From the NCBI RefSeq assembly GCF_051201565.1, contig NZ_CP179200.1, positions 480,001 through 512,000 on the forward strand: a stretch of 32,000 nt of DNA. The letters run 5' to 3'. This stretch comes from Pseudothioglobus sp. nBUS_23. GTDB taxonomy: Bacteria > Pseudomonadota > Gammaproteobacteria > PS1 > Pseudothioglobaceae. The position numbers and the translations under genes were made by a program. The notes under the pieces are model-generated. The model was not told the origin of the DNA and ran no database searches. It saw nothing but the letters and a program-made list of their open reading frames with translations. Shown here in pieces: positions 19,020 to 26,679 of the stretch. Position 1 is the stretch's first letter, and every line of letters begins with the position of its first letter.

Positions 19020-19487
19020 CTAACTTCTATGATAAGGGTGATTACTGAGTAGGGTGTATGCTCTATAGATTTGTTCCACTATGAGCATTCGAGCCATTGA
19101 GTGAGTGAATGTAAGCTTAGATAGCCCCCAGGTTAAATGACATTTCTGCTTCACTTTATTTGAGAGCCCATCTGCACCACCTACAATCAAGGCAACACTA
19201 TCAGAGTTCAACTGCCAGTTTTCAATTGATTTGGACAACTCTTTGCTGGTTTGCTGTTTTCCCAGCTCGTCAAATGCAATTAAGAGATTTGAGTTAGAGG
19301 CGGCATCTAAAATTAATTTTTCTTCTAGACTTTTTGTCATTTCAGGGTTTTTTGTTTTTCTGCCTTGAGGTTCAATTGAAGTGATTTCAAAGTTATAGTT
19401 TTTAGGAAGTTGCTTTTTGTAATGCTCAATACCATCGACTATCCAGTCAGGCATTTTTTTGCCAACAGCAATTAGGTTAATCTTCAT
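19020..19487 (-). CDS. rlmH: 23S rRNA (pseudouridine1915-N3)-methyltransferase
   Basis: 155 aa. MKINLIAVGKKMPDW..., LIVGGADGL, and C-terminal HSMARMLIVEQIYRAYTLLSNHPYHR, typical of SPOUT RlmH. It lies directly after rsfS. Confidence 0.9.
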   Translation of the reverse strand: MKINLIAVGKKMPDWIVDGIEHYKKQLPKNYNFEITSIEPQGRKTKNPEMTKSLEEKLILDAASNSNLLIAFDELGKQQTSKELSKSIENWQLNSDSVALIVGGADGLSNKVKQKCHLTWGLSKLTFTHSMARMLIVEQIYRAYTLLSNHPYHRS

Positions 19488-19812
19488 CTTCCTCGATGGA
19501 CCACAACCTCTCTAACTTGTAGAATTCTCGTGATTTTTCTGTCATAACATGGACAATGACTTCGCCCAGATCAACCAAAACCCATTCACTGGATTCAGCA
19601 CCCTCAGTTCCTAGAACTGGCATATTGAGTCTCTTTGCTTCAATACTTACATTATTAGCTATTCCTCTGACATGTTGAATGGAGCGTCCAGTTGCAATAA
19701 CAATGGCTTCCATGTCGTCGCTCTGCTGCATCACATTAATTGTTGTGATGTCTTCCCCCTTTAATTCCTCAATGATGTTTTCAACAACCCTGATCTGTTC
19801 AGTAAGTTTCAT
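19477..19812 (-). CDS. rsfS: Ribosomal silencing factor
   Basis: 111 aa. SEWVLVDLGEVIVHVM....REFYKLERLW is the RsfS/iojap signature. Conserved nadD-rsfS-rlmH order. Confidence 0.9.
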   Translation of the reverse strand: MKLTEQIRVVENIIEELKGEDITTINVMQQSDDMEAIVIATGRSIQHVRGIANNVSIEAKRLNMPVLGTEGAESSEWVLVDLGEVIVHVMTEKSREFYKLERLWSIEEDED

Positions 19813-20411
19813 ATTGATTGAAGAATGTTAATAATTGAAGAGGGGGTCAAACCATCGAGATTTTGGTTGGAGGCAATTTTACCTCTAATATCACTTGACG
19901 AAATATCGATCAGCTCAGAATTTGAAAAATATACAAGCCCACTTGTTTTATTATTCAAATGATTCTTATCAAGAGCAATATCAAAAGTATCAAGGCTTTT
20001 TTGAGGATGTTCATTCGTATTTCTGGGTAGGATAATTAAATGAACGAGCTTTGCAAATTTATCCCACTTTTTCCATGTTTTAAAGGTTACAAAGCTATCC
20101 ATTCCAATGATAAGGCAAATTGTATTGTCCTTAAATTCTTTTACTATCTCAGCTAGGGTTTCTATCATATAGGAGCTTCCACCTCGATCAATTTCTCTTG
20201 TGTCGATTTCCAGTGCAGGAAACTCTTTGATTGCAAGGCTCAGCATATCTAACCTTTGCTTAGAAGAATAGTGCAGCGAGTTTTTATGAACAGGTACACA
20301 ACATGGCAAAAGGAACAAGCGCTCAAAATTAAGTTCTTTTTTAATTGATTCTGCAGTTATGAGATGACCTAGATGAACGGGGTCGAAGGAGCCACCATAA
20401 ATCCCTATCAT
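19809..20411 (-). CDS. nadD: Nicotinate-nucleotide adenylyltransferase
   Basis: MIGIYGGSFDPVHLGHL (the HxGH nucleotidyltransferase motif), ISSSDIR near the C-terminus, 200 aa. Confidence 0.88.
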   Translation of the reverse strand: MIGIYGGSFDPVHLGHLITAESIKKELNFERLFLLPCCVPVHKNSLHYSSKQRLDMLSLAIKEFPALEIDTREIDRGGSSYMIETLAEIVKEFKDNTICLIIGMDSFVTFKTWKKWDKFAKLVHLIILPRNTNEHPQKSLDTFDIALDKNHLNNKTSGLVYFSNSELIDISSSDIRGKIASNQNLDGLTPSSIINILQSI

Positions 20412-21130
20412 AACAAAGCGTTTACCTCATCTAGTGTCATTGGCGACATCGGATAAGTTCGAGTAGAGTCATGGACATGCATCCTGTAACGAACGAATGT
20501 ATCCTCATCCTGAATTAACAAAAAGGGGTTAGCTCTTTTCTGTTCAGCAATCGTGGTTGTAATCTCAGAGCCATAATTGTGCCCACACAGCAAGTGAATG
20601 TGATCAGGAACCTGGGCAATGAGTTTCTTGAGTGAGTGATATAAAGTGACTGGGTCTGATCCAGCTAAACTACAGATACCCACTCCGTAGACAAACAAAG
20701 TGTCTCCAGCTATGAGGTGCTCATCAAGAAGATAACAAACTCCGCCAGCTGTGTGGCCAGGTGTTTCAATTATCTTAACTTCAATGTTGCCAAGCTTAAT
20801 CATATCTCTATCGGCAACAGTATGAATAGGGTTTTCAATGTTTAGATAAGGGATTTCATTAATACCAGCGGTAATTTTTGCTCCTGTCTTGTTTGCCAGG
20901 TCGTCCACCGCATTGGTATGGTCGCCATGCCAATGAGTAATCCAGATATCCGTTAGTGTGTATCCTTTATCCTCTATTTTTTTTAAAAATAAATCAGGCT
21001 CCCATGCAGGATCGACAATGGCACATGTTTTGGTTTCTTCATCAAAAATAAAATGAATTGAGTTTTCATAAGCGCCGATATGATAAAGCACTTCTATCGT
21101 GTAATTGTTGCTGTTATATATTTTTTCCAT
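20408..21130 (-). CDS. MBL-fold metallohydrolase (glyoxalase II-like)
   Basis: THWHGDH metal motif, ETPGHTAG, downstream GDTLF and CGHNY. It overlaps the nadD start by 4 nt. Confidence 0.8.
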   Translation of the reverse strand: MEKIYNSNNYTIEVLYHIGAYENSIHFIFDEETKTCAIVDPAWEPDLFLKKIEDKGYTLTDIWITHWHGDHTNAVDDLANKTGAKITAGINEIPYLNIENPIHTVADRDMIKLGNIEVKIIETPGHTAGGVCYLLDEHLIAGDTLFVYGVGICSLAGSDPVTLYHSLKKLIAQVPDHIHLLCGHNYGSEITTTIAEQKRANPFLLIQDEDTFVRYRMHVHDSTRTYPMSPMTLDEVNALL

Positions 21131-21154
21131 AATTAATATTTTACCAATTTTGAC

Positions 21155-21182
21155 TTGACTGAAATGAGATACAGATTATAAT
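21155..21182 (+). promoter_or_regulatory. Near-consensus sigma70-type promoter for the tRNA cluster
   Basis: TTGACT (21155-21160), a 16-nt spacer, then TATAAT (21177-21182), about 30 nt upstream of tRNA-Ala. Confidence 0.55.
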
Positions 21183-21211
21183 TTACGTTTTTGCTAACAA
21201 CCCAGTTTTTT

Positions 21212-21287
21212 GGGGCTATAGCTCAGCTGGGAGAGCGCAACACTGGCAGTGTTGAGGTCGGCGGTTCGATCCCGCCTAGCTCCACCA
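21212..21287 (+). tRNA. tRNA-Ala (anticodon GGC)
   Basis: Hand-folded cloverleaf: acceptor GGGGCTA/TAGCTCC including the G3:U70 alanine identity pair, D arm GCTC/GAGC, anticodon stem CAACA/TGTTG with loop CTGGCAG, T arm GGCGG-TTCGATC-CCGCC, and an encoded CCA. Confidence 0.92.
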
Positions 21288-21303
21288 TAGCAATAATGAT
21301 TTT

Positions 21304-21378
21304 GTCCGGTTCGTCTATCGGTTAGGACTCCAGGTTTTCATCCTGGCAAGAGGGGTTCGATTCCCCTACCGGATGCCA
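21304..21378 (+). tRNA. tRNA-Glu (anticodon UUC), copy 1
   Basis: Acceptor GTCCGGT/ACCGGAT (a G1:U72 wobble), D arm GTCT/GGAC, anticodon stem CCAGG/CCTGG with loop TTTTCAT, T arm AGGGG-TTCGATT-CCCCT, then GCCA. Confidence 0.85.
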
Positions 21379-21388
21379 TTTTTTTTGA

Positions 21389-21416
21389 TTAAGTAAGTTA
21401 AATTTAACTTACTTAA
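21389..21416. repeat. Perfect 28-nt palindrome between the two tRNA-Glu genes
   Basis: TTAAGTAAGTTAAA followed by its exact reverse complement TTTAACTTACTTAA. A T8 run precedes it, and no T-run follows on either strand. Confidence 0.9.
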
Positions 21417-21445
21417 CCAAAGCAGAGCCCTCTAAAATATCTCTT

Positions 21446-21522
21446 GTCCCGTTCGTCTAGTGGCCCAGGACGCCAGGATTTCATCCTGGAAACAGGTAGT
21501 TCGAATCTCCTACGGGACGCCA
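21446..21522 (+). tRNA. tRNA-Glu (anticodon UUC), copy 2, with an irregular T stem
   Basis: Acceptor GTCCCGT/ACGGGAC, D arm GTCT-AGTGGCCCA-GGAC (E. coli-like), anticodon stem CCAGG/CCTGG with loop ATTTCAT. The T arm AGG(T)AG-TTCGAAT-CTCCT needs a bulged T or a U:C mismatch. Ends GCCA. 77 nt. Confidence 0.75.
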
Positions 21523-21557
21523 CCCAAAGATAAATACAATCATAATTGACTGGTCAG

Positions 21558-21586
21558 TTGATTTGATTTAAATCGCTTTTGATAAT
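21558..21586 (+). promoter_or_regulatory. Candidate promoter for mcl-mtkAB
   Basis: TTGATT (21558-21563), a 17-nt spacer, then GATAAT (21581-21586), about 65 nt upstream of the mcl ATG. RBS AGGGG before 21651. Confidence 0.3.
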
Positions 21587-21650
21587 TACTAAATCTACTC
21601 AATTAAATTCTTGATATATTGTTCTGGAGTATTTACTTTAAAGGGGTTTT

Positions 21651-22604
21651 ATGAGTCATATTATCTATGAGCCAGTCAAACAGAGATTGCAGCGAAGTGA
21701 GTTAGCTGTTCCAGGATCAAATCCTAAAATGTTTGAAAAGGCTCTTAAAAGTTCTGCGGACTATGTTTTTTTAGATTTAGAGGATGCAGTCGCTCCAGAC
21801 GACAAAGTGCCTGCTCGTAAAAATATTATCGAGGCGATCAATGATCTAGACTGGAATGGCAACGGAAAGACTATATCGGTTCGAATTAATAGCATTGACA
21901 CACATTACATGTACCGGGACGTTGTTGAGGTTGTAGAGCACGCAGGAGATAAACTGGATACTATCCTTCTTCCAAAGGCTGGAACAGCATCAGATATTTA
22001 TATGTTGTCTGCAATGCTGAATCAAATAGAGACCTCTAAGGGTTTAAAAAATAGAATTGGAATCGAAGTATTAATTGAAACGACTCTAGGAATGGCTAAT
22101 GTGATGGATATTGCGCAAAAAGGTCGTGAGGAGAGGCTTGAAGCGATGCACTTCGGTGTGGCAGATTACGCGGCAAGTTGCAGGGCAAGAACAACAGTAA
22201 TTGGGGGTTTAAATCCGGATTATCCTGGTGATCAATGGCATGCCGGCCTCTCGCAAATGCTAGTCGCTTGCAGGGCCTATGGCATAAGAGCTATTGACGG
22301 ACCCTTTGGAGACTTTAATGATCCAGAATCTTATATTGACGCTGCAAAAAGAGGTGCAGCTCTTGGATTTGAAGGGAAATGGGCAATTCATCCTTCACAG
22401 ATTGATCTTGCGAATGAAGTCTATACCCCACCAGAGTCTGAAGTATCTCATGCAAAACAAATTCTTATAGCTCTTGATGAGGCAGCTAAAGAGGGCAGGG
22501 GCGCTGCACAGCTCAACGGAAGAATGATTGATGCTGCCTCAGCAAAGATGGCAGAGAATATTGTAAATACAGATAATGCAATTAATTCAAAACTAAAAGG
22601 TTAA
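21651..22604 (+). CDS. mcl: L-malyl-CoA/beta-methylmalyl-CoA lyase (HpcH/HpaI aldolase-citrate lyase beta family)
   Basis: 317 aa. RSELAVPGSNPKMFEKA, DYVFLDLEDAVAPDDK, ILLPKA, and FGVADYAAS...GKWAIHPSQI, as in CitE/Mcl-type lyases. mtkAB-like genes follow immediately, 1 nt away. Confidence 0.8.
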   Translation: MSHIIYEPVKQRLQRSELAVPGSNPKMFEKALKSSADYVFLDLEDAVAPDDKVPARKNIIEAINDLDWNGNGKTISVRINSIDTHYMYRDVVEVVEHAGDKLDTILLPKAGTASDIYMLSAMLNQIETSKGLKNRIGIEVLIETTLGMANVMDIAQKGREERLEAMHFGVADYAASCRARTTVIGGLNPDYPGDQWHAGLSQMLVACRAYGIRAIDGPFGDFNDPESYIDAAKRGAALGFEGKWAIHPSQIDLANEVYTPPESEVSHAKQILIALDEAAKEGRGAAQLNGRMIDAASAKMAENIVNTDNAINSKLKG

Positions 22605-22605
22605 T

Positions 22606-23781
22606 ATGAACATTCATGAATATCAAGCCAAAAAAATATTGGCACAATATGGGGTTCCCGTTCCACGAGGCGGTGTAGCGCACTCTGCAACTGGAGCAAT
22701 TTACCAAGCTAACGAATTAGGTGGAGACAAGTGGATTGTAAAGGCTCAGGTGCATTCTGGCGCTCGCGGAAAGGCAGGTGGAGTTAAATTATGTGAATCA
22801 CCTAAAGAAATTTCTCAGTTTTGTGACCAGTTTCTTGGTAATAACCTAGTCACAAATCAGACAGGCCCTGAAGGCAAAATGGTTTCAAGTATCTATGTTG
22901 AGGAGGCTACCGACATTATAAAAGAGCTCTACTTTAGCATCGTTTTGGATAGGGCAACTCAAAAAGTGACTTTGGTTGTTTCTACTGAAGGTGGAATGGA
23001 CATTGAGCAAGTTGCAGAGGAGATGCCAGAAAAAATTAACAAAATTAGGATTGATCCTTCAGTTGGAATGCAGCCATTCCAAGCGCGACAACTGGTTTTT
23101 ACTCTGGGATTACCTAATGAGGCAATCGGCTCTGCCAGTCGGGCAGTCATGAAGTGTTATCGCGCGTTTCGAGATACCGATGCCAACTTATTGGAAATTA
23201 ACCCTTTAGTGTTGACATCTGGAAATAAAGTTCTTGCTCTTGATGCGAAGATGTCATTTGATGCAAATGCACTCTATCGAAGACCAGAAATATTTGAATT
23301 TCACGATAAAACGCAGCAAGATATTCGAGAAATCAATGCCGCTGAGCATGACCTAAACTATATTGGATTGGAAGGCAATATTGGTTGTCTGATTAATGGC
23401 GCAGGTCTTGCGATGGCAACAATGGATATGATCCAACATGCTGGCGGGGAGCCAGCAAACTTTCTAGATATTGGTGGCGGTGCATCAGCCCAAAGGGTTG
23501 CTACATCTATAGAACTTGTTTTATCAGATGAGAATGTTGAGGCTATTTTAGTTAATATCTTTGCTGGTATTAATCGTTGTGATTGGGTTGCCCAGGGCAT
23601 TGTAGATCTATTAAACAAACGCGATATTGATATTCCTTTAGTAGTTCGTTTGTCAGGTACCAATGTTGAAAAAGGACAAAAAATACTAAGAGATAGTGGC
23701 AAAAAAGTTATTACTGCTGAAACATTGTCAGATGCAGCACACACGGTCGTAGCTGAATGGAAAAAATCAACTGGAAAATGA
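22606..23781 (+). CDS. mtkA: Malate-CoA ligase (malate thiokinase) beta subunit; SucC paralog
   Basis: ATP-grasp N-terminus MNIHEYQAKKILAQYGVPVP. QTGPEGK, AYRAFRD, LALDAKMSFDANALYRR and NIFAGINRCDWVAQG match my recollection of Methylobacterium MtkA better than SucC (which has IFGGIVRCD). It is linked to mcl rather than to sdh/sucAB. Confidence 0.75.
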   Translation: MNIHEYQAKKILAQYGVPVPRGGVAHSATGAIYQANELGGDKWIVKAQVHSGARGKAGGVKLCESPKEISQFCDQFLGNNLVTNQTGPEGKMVSSIYVEEATDIIKELYFSIVLDRATQKVTLVVSTEGGMDIEQVAEEMPEKINKIRIDPSVGMQPFQARQLVFTLGLPNEAIGSASRAVMKCYRAFRDTDANLLEINPLVLTSGNKVLALDAKMSFDANALYRRPEIFEFHDKTQQDIREINAAEHDLNYIGLEGNIGCLINGAGLAMATMDMIQHAGGEPANFLDIGGGASAQRVATSIELVLSDENVEAILVNIFAGINRCDWVAQGIVDLLNKRDIDIPLVVRLSGTNVEKGQKILRDSGKKVITAETLSDAAHTVVAEWKKSTGK

Positions 23782-23790
23782 GGGCTTATT

Positions 23791-24678
23791 ATGAGTATAT
23801 TTATTAATAAAAAGACCCCAGTTTTAGTTCAAGGTCTAACGGGGCGCATGGGTTCATTTCATGCTCAAGAGATGATTGATTATGGTACTAATGTCGTTGC
23901 TGGAGTTACTCCTGGTAAGGGAGGTACAACCCATCTAGGAAGGCCAGTGTTCAACACGGTTAAAGATGCTGTTGAAGCTACAGGCGCTGAAGCCAGCATT
24001 ATCTTTGTGCCTCCTGCATATGCGGCTGACGGAATTATGGAAGCTGCTGAAGGCGGCATTAAATATTGTGTCAGCATTACTGATGGAATACCAACACATG
24101 ACATGATTCGGGTAAAGAGATATCTTTTTGCACGTGCTAAACCAGAGGATCGCATGATTTTGACTGGTCCCAATTGTGCTGGAACCATTAGTCCAGGTAA
24201 AGCTATGTTAGGTATTATGCCAGGTCATATTTATAAGCAAGGCAACGTTGGACTCATTGGACGCTCAGGCACTTTAGGTTATGAAGCCGCTTCCCAAATG
24301 AAGGAGCTGGGTATTGGAATTAGTACTGGTGTAGGTATTGGTGGTGACCCAATAAACGGTAGTTCGTTTGTTGAAATTTTAAAGCATTTTGAACAGGATG
24401 ATGAAACTGAAGCGGTACTGATTATTGGTGAGATTGGAGGTCCACAAGAAGCTGAAGCTGCAGAATACTTTCAAAAACATATGACCAAACCAATGGCAGC
24501 TTATATCGCTGGTTTGACTGCTCCACCAGGAAGACTTATGGGTCATGCTGGAGCAATTGTTAGCTCTAGTGGTGAGAGTGCGGCTGAAAAGGTTGAAATG
24601 TTAGAAGATGCTGGTGTGATGGTCTCACCAACCCCTTCAGACATGGGTTCAACAATGGCAAAACTTCTTAAGGTGTAA
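23791..24678 (+). CDS. mtkB: Malate-CoA ligase (malate thiokinase) alpha subunit; SucD paralog
   Basis: CoA-binding GLTGRMGSFHA, GVTPGKGG, RVKRYL, PNCAGTISPGKAMLGIMPGHIY, and the phosphohistidine loop GHAGAIV. By-eye match to MtkB. Confidence 0.75.
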   Translation: MSIFINKKTPVLVQGLTGRMGSFHAQEMIDYGTNVVAGVTPGKGGTTHLGRPVFNTVKDAVEATGAEASIIFVPPAYAADGIMEAAEGGIKYCVSITDGIPTHDMIRVKRYLFARAKPEDRMILTGPNCAGTISPGKAMLGIMPGHIYKQGNVGLIGRSGTLGYEAASQMKELGIGISTGVGIGGDPINGSSFVEILKHFEQDDETEAVLIIGEIGGPQEAEAAEYFQKHMTKPMAAYIAGLTAPPGRLMGHAGAIVSSSGESAAEKVEMLEDAGVMVSPTPSDMGSTMAKLLKV

Positions 24679-24698
24679 ATTCACTTAAAGAGTTTCAA

Positions 24699-25553
24699 TT
24701 ATTTAAGCCATGCTTTAACTTTGTTAAAAATTTCTGAATCCTTTTTGGAGAGTCTTTCTACAACTCCAAAGTGGTCAACTTCTGGTTCAGCAAAATAATC
24801 AAGTGGTGCATTATAGCCTTTCCATTTCTTAACAAAATTGTAAGTTTGCCAATGAAATTCAGGAGTTTCACCTCCACCTAAAGTCACTAGAATTGGGGCG
24901 TCAGTTTTCGGCTCAAAGAAATGTGGACTTAAAGCATGACTCTCTTCGTCATCAAGACCAAGAGCATCTGCTATAGTTGTTTTTCTAATCGGATCAAGTT
25001 GGTAAAGTCCACTTATAGGAATACCTGTTTTAATGATATCTTTTGGAAGGTTATATGAAATAGTTGACCAGTTGGTTGTTAGAACCATACCGGTAATATG
25101 TCCACCCGCTGAGTGACCAGAGACGTTAATTCTGTGTTTTGAAATTGAGTAATCATCTGCTTTATTCCAGATCCATACAATCGCTTCTCGAATTTTATCA
25201 ACAATATTTGTCATACTAGCGCCAGGACAGAGTTGATACCCAATGAGTGCAACGTCAATCCCAGAATTCACAAAAGAATCAGCAACAAAACTGTAGATTG
25301 ACTTATCTCCTCTTTGCCAGTAGCCTCCATGAACGAAGATAAATAAGGGTGCATTTGGCTTCCCACTTCTAAAAATATCGAGTTTATCTTTTTCACCATT
25401 ACCATATTGGCAGTCAAGGGAGGAGTCAACATTAGCCCTAAAATCTTCACTCCAGTTAGACCACTTTTCAATGAGGGCATCAAAGTCATCCACTAGCAAT
25501 CTTACGTTGTATCCTTTTTCAAGTGTTGGATCAATTGGTATTGTTCTTTCCAT
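24699..25553 (-). CDS. Alpha/beta hydrolase (esterase / arylformamidase-like)
   Basis: Oxyanion-type HGGYW, nucleophile elbow GHSAGGH, and a C-terminal VDHF that may hold the catalytic His. 284 aa. Last gene of a tight four-gene minus-strand operon. Confidence 0.8.
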   Translation of the reverse strand: MERTIPIDPTLEKGYNVRLLVDDFDALIEKWSNWSEDFRANVDSSLDCQYGNGEKDKLDIFRSGKPNAPLFIFVHGGYWQRGDKSIYSFVADSFVNSGIDVALIGYQLCPGASMTNIVDKIREAIVWIWNKADDYSISKHRINVSGHSAGGHITGMVLTTNWSTISYNLPKDIIKTGIPISGLYQLDPIRKTTIADALGLDDEESHALSPHFFEPKTDAPILVTLGGGETPEFHWQTYNFVKKWKGYNAPLDYFAEPEVDHFGVVERLSKKDSEIFNKVKAWLK

Positions 25554-25569
25554 AGTAGTGCCTTTAAAA

Positions 25570-25977
25570 TTAGCTTGTACGGTTCTTATAAAAAGTATCT
25601 TTGTGGATGATTAAACCCTCTCTAAAAGTAAGAATATCCACACTTAAAAAGTCTTGGACCTCGCCTGATTTTAGTTTAGCAACACGATGAAACTCGCAGT
25701 AGGCCTTGTCACCAGAGACCCTTGTATCAATTGGCGTCCAGTTTACACTTTGAACATTATCAAAAAGACCCTGGAAAATACCTCTTATTGTATCAAGACC
25801 AGTAAAACGAGTACCATTCACATCTGGCCCTGCAGCATGGTCAAAGACAGCATCCTCTGCAAAGAAAGACATGACTGCATCTATATCATTTCGATTATAC
25901 GCATCTGTTATCTTATCCAATAGAGCAGGAGTAATTCCAGCATCTTGAGTTGAAGTTTTTGAGTTAAATATTGACAT
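25570..25977 (-). CDS. SnoaL/NTF2-like fold protein (ketosteroid isomerase / limonene-epoxide hydrolase superfamily)
   Basis: 135 aa. AYNRNDIDAVMSFFAEDAVFDH...G...G.D.IRGIF...F, then W.P....V.GD.A..E, the typical SnoaL_2-like layout. Confidence 0.7.
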   Translation of the reverse strand: MSIFNSKTSTQDAGITPALLDKITDAYNRNDIDAVMSFFAEDAVFDHAAGPDVNGTRFTGLDTIRGIFQGLFDNVQSVNWTPIDTRVSGDKAYCEFHRVAKLKSGEVQDFLSVDILTFREGLIIHKDTFYKNRTS

Positions 25978-25986
25978 ATATAGTTC

Positions 25987-26661
25987 CTATTTATCATTCT
26001 CTTCGCCTTTTTTTTGAAGTGCAAAGAATTCTGATGGTGAATTGCCAAAGGGCTGCATTGCATGCTCTTGAAAAGGGAGGCGATTGGTTAGTCTTTTATA
26101 CCAAGCCTCAACTCCAGGTAAGGAAGGCCTTTCAATATCAAGCACAAAGTACTTATGGATTAAAACTCCGAGCGGAATATCTCCAAAAGTAAAGGCATCT
26201 CCAGCAACATAGTGATTGTTAATTAAGTGATCATCAAGAACCTTAAGAATATCTGAACTCTGCTTTGCCATTTCAGCTATTTTTTTATAATCTCTATCTT
26301 TCTCTTCAGTTCTTACAAGTTGCCAGAAGACTGGAAAAAAAGTACCCATAAAGCTATCTGTTGACCAGGTCATCCACTGATCAGAAATGGCAGCTTTTTG
26401 AGGATCTTTAGGATAAAGACTGCCAAGCCCATATTGCTTGGCTAGATATCGAATGATTGCATGAGATTCCCACATGACAAAACCATTATCCCTAATGGTT
26501 GGTATTTTTGAGTTCGGGTTGAGAGACTTATATTCTTCTGTTTCAAGATCTCCAGATTTAGTGCCAATTGAGGATCTTTTGTATTCAACTCCTAGTTCTG
26601 AGAGAGTCCAAAGAACTTGAATGACTTGATTAGCGTTTTTTCTTCCCCAAATTTCTAACAT
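25987..26661 (-). CDS. Glutathione S-transferase (GstB/YliJ-like)
   Basis: MLEIWGRKNANQVIQVLWTLSELGVEY...LNPNSKIPTIRDNGFVMWESHAIIRYLAKQYG parallels E. coli GstB (LWGRNNSTNVKKV...WESNAIVRYLA). An alpha-helical C-terminal domain follows. Confidence 0.85.
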   Translation of the reverse strand: MLEIWGRKNANQVIQVLWTLSELGVEYKRSSIGTKSGDLETEEYKSLNPNSKIPTIRDNGFVMWESHAIIRYLAKQYGLGSLYPKDPQKAAISDQWMTWSTDSFMGTFFPVFWQLVRTEEKDRDYKKIAEMAKQSSDILKVLDDHLINNHYVAGDAFTFGDIPLGVLIHKYFVLDIERPSLPGVEAWYKRLTNRLPFQEHAMQPFGNSPSEFFALQKKGEENDK

Positions 26662-26679
26662 TAATTAATCTCCAAATTT

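Noticed and set aside
21389-21416. The 28-nt palindrome between the tRNA-Glu genes as a Rho-independent terminator.
   Set aside because: The stem is almost entirely A/T and the T-run precedes rather than follows the hairpin on the plus strand. The minus-strand reading is followed by an A-run. It is kept only as a repeat or possible processing site.
22606-24678. Reading these two genes as ordinary succinyl-CoA synthetase, sucCD.
   Set aside because: They directly follow a malyl-CoA lyase-type gene rather than sdh/sucAB. Several motifs (QTGPEGK, AYRAFRD, NIFAGINRCDWVA, RVKRYL) match my memory of MtkAB rather than E. coli SucCD. This is not proven without phylogeny, so the call is kept at 0.75.
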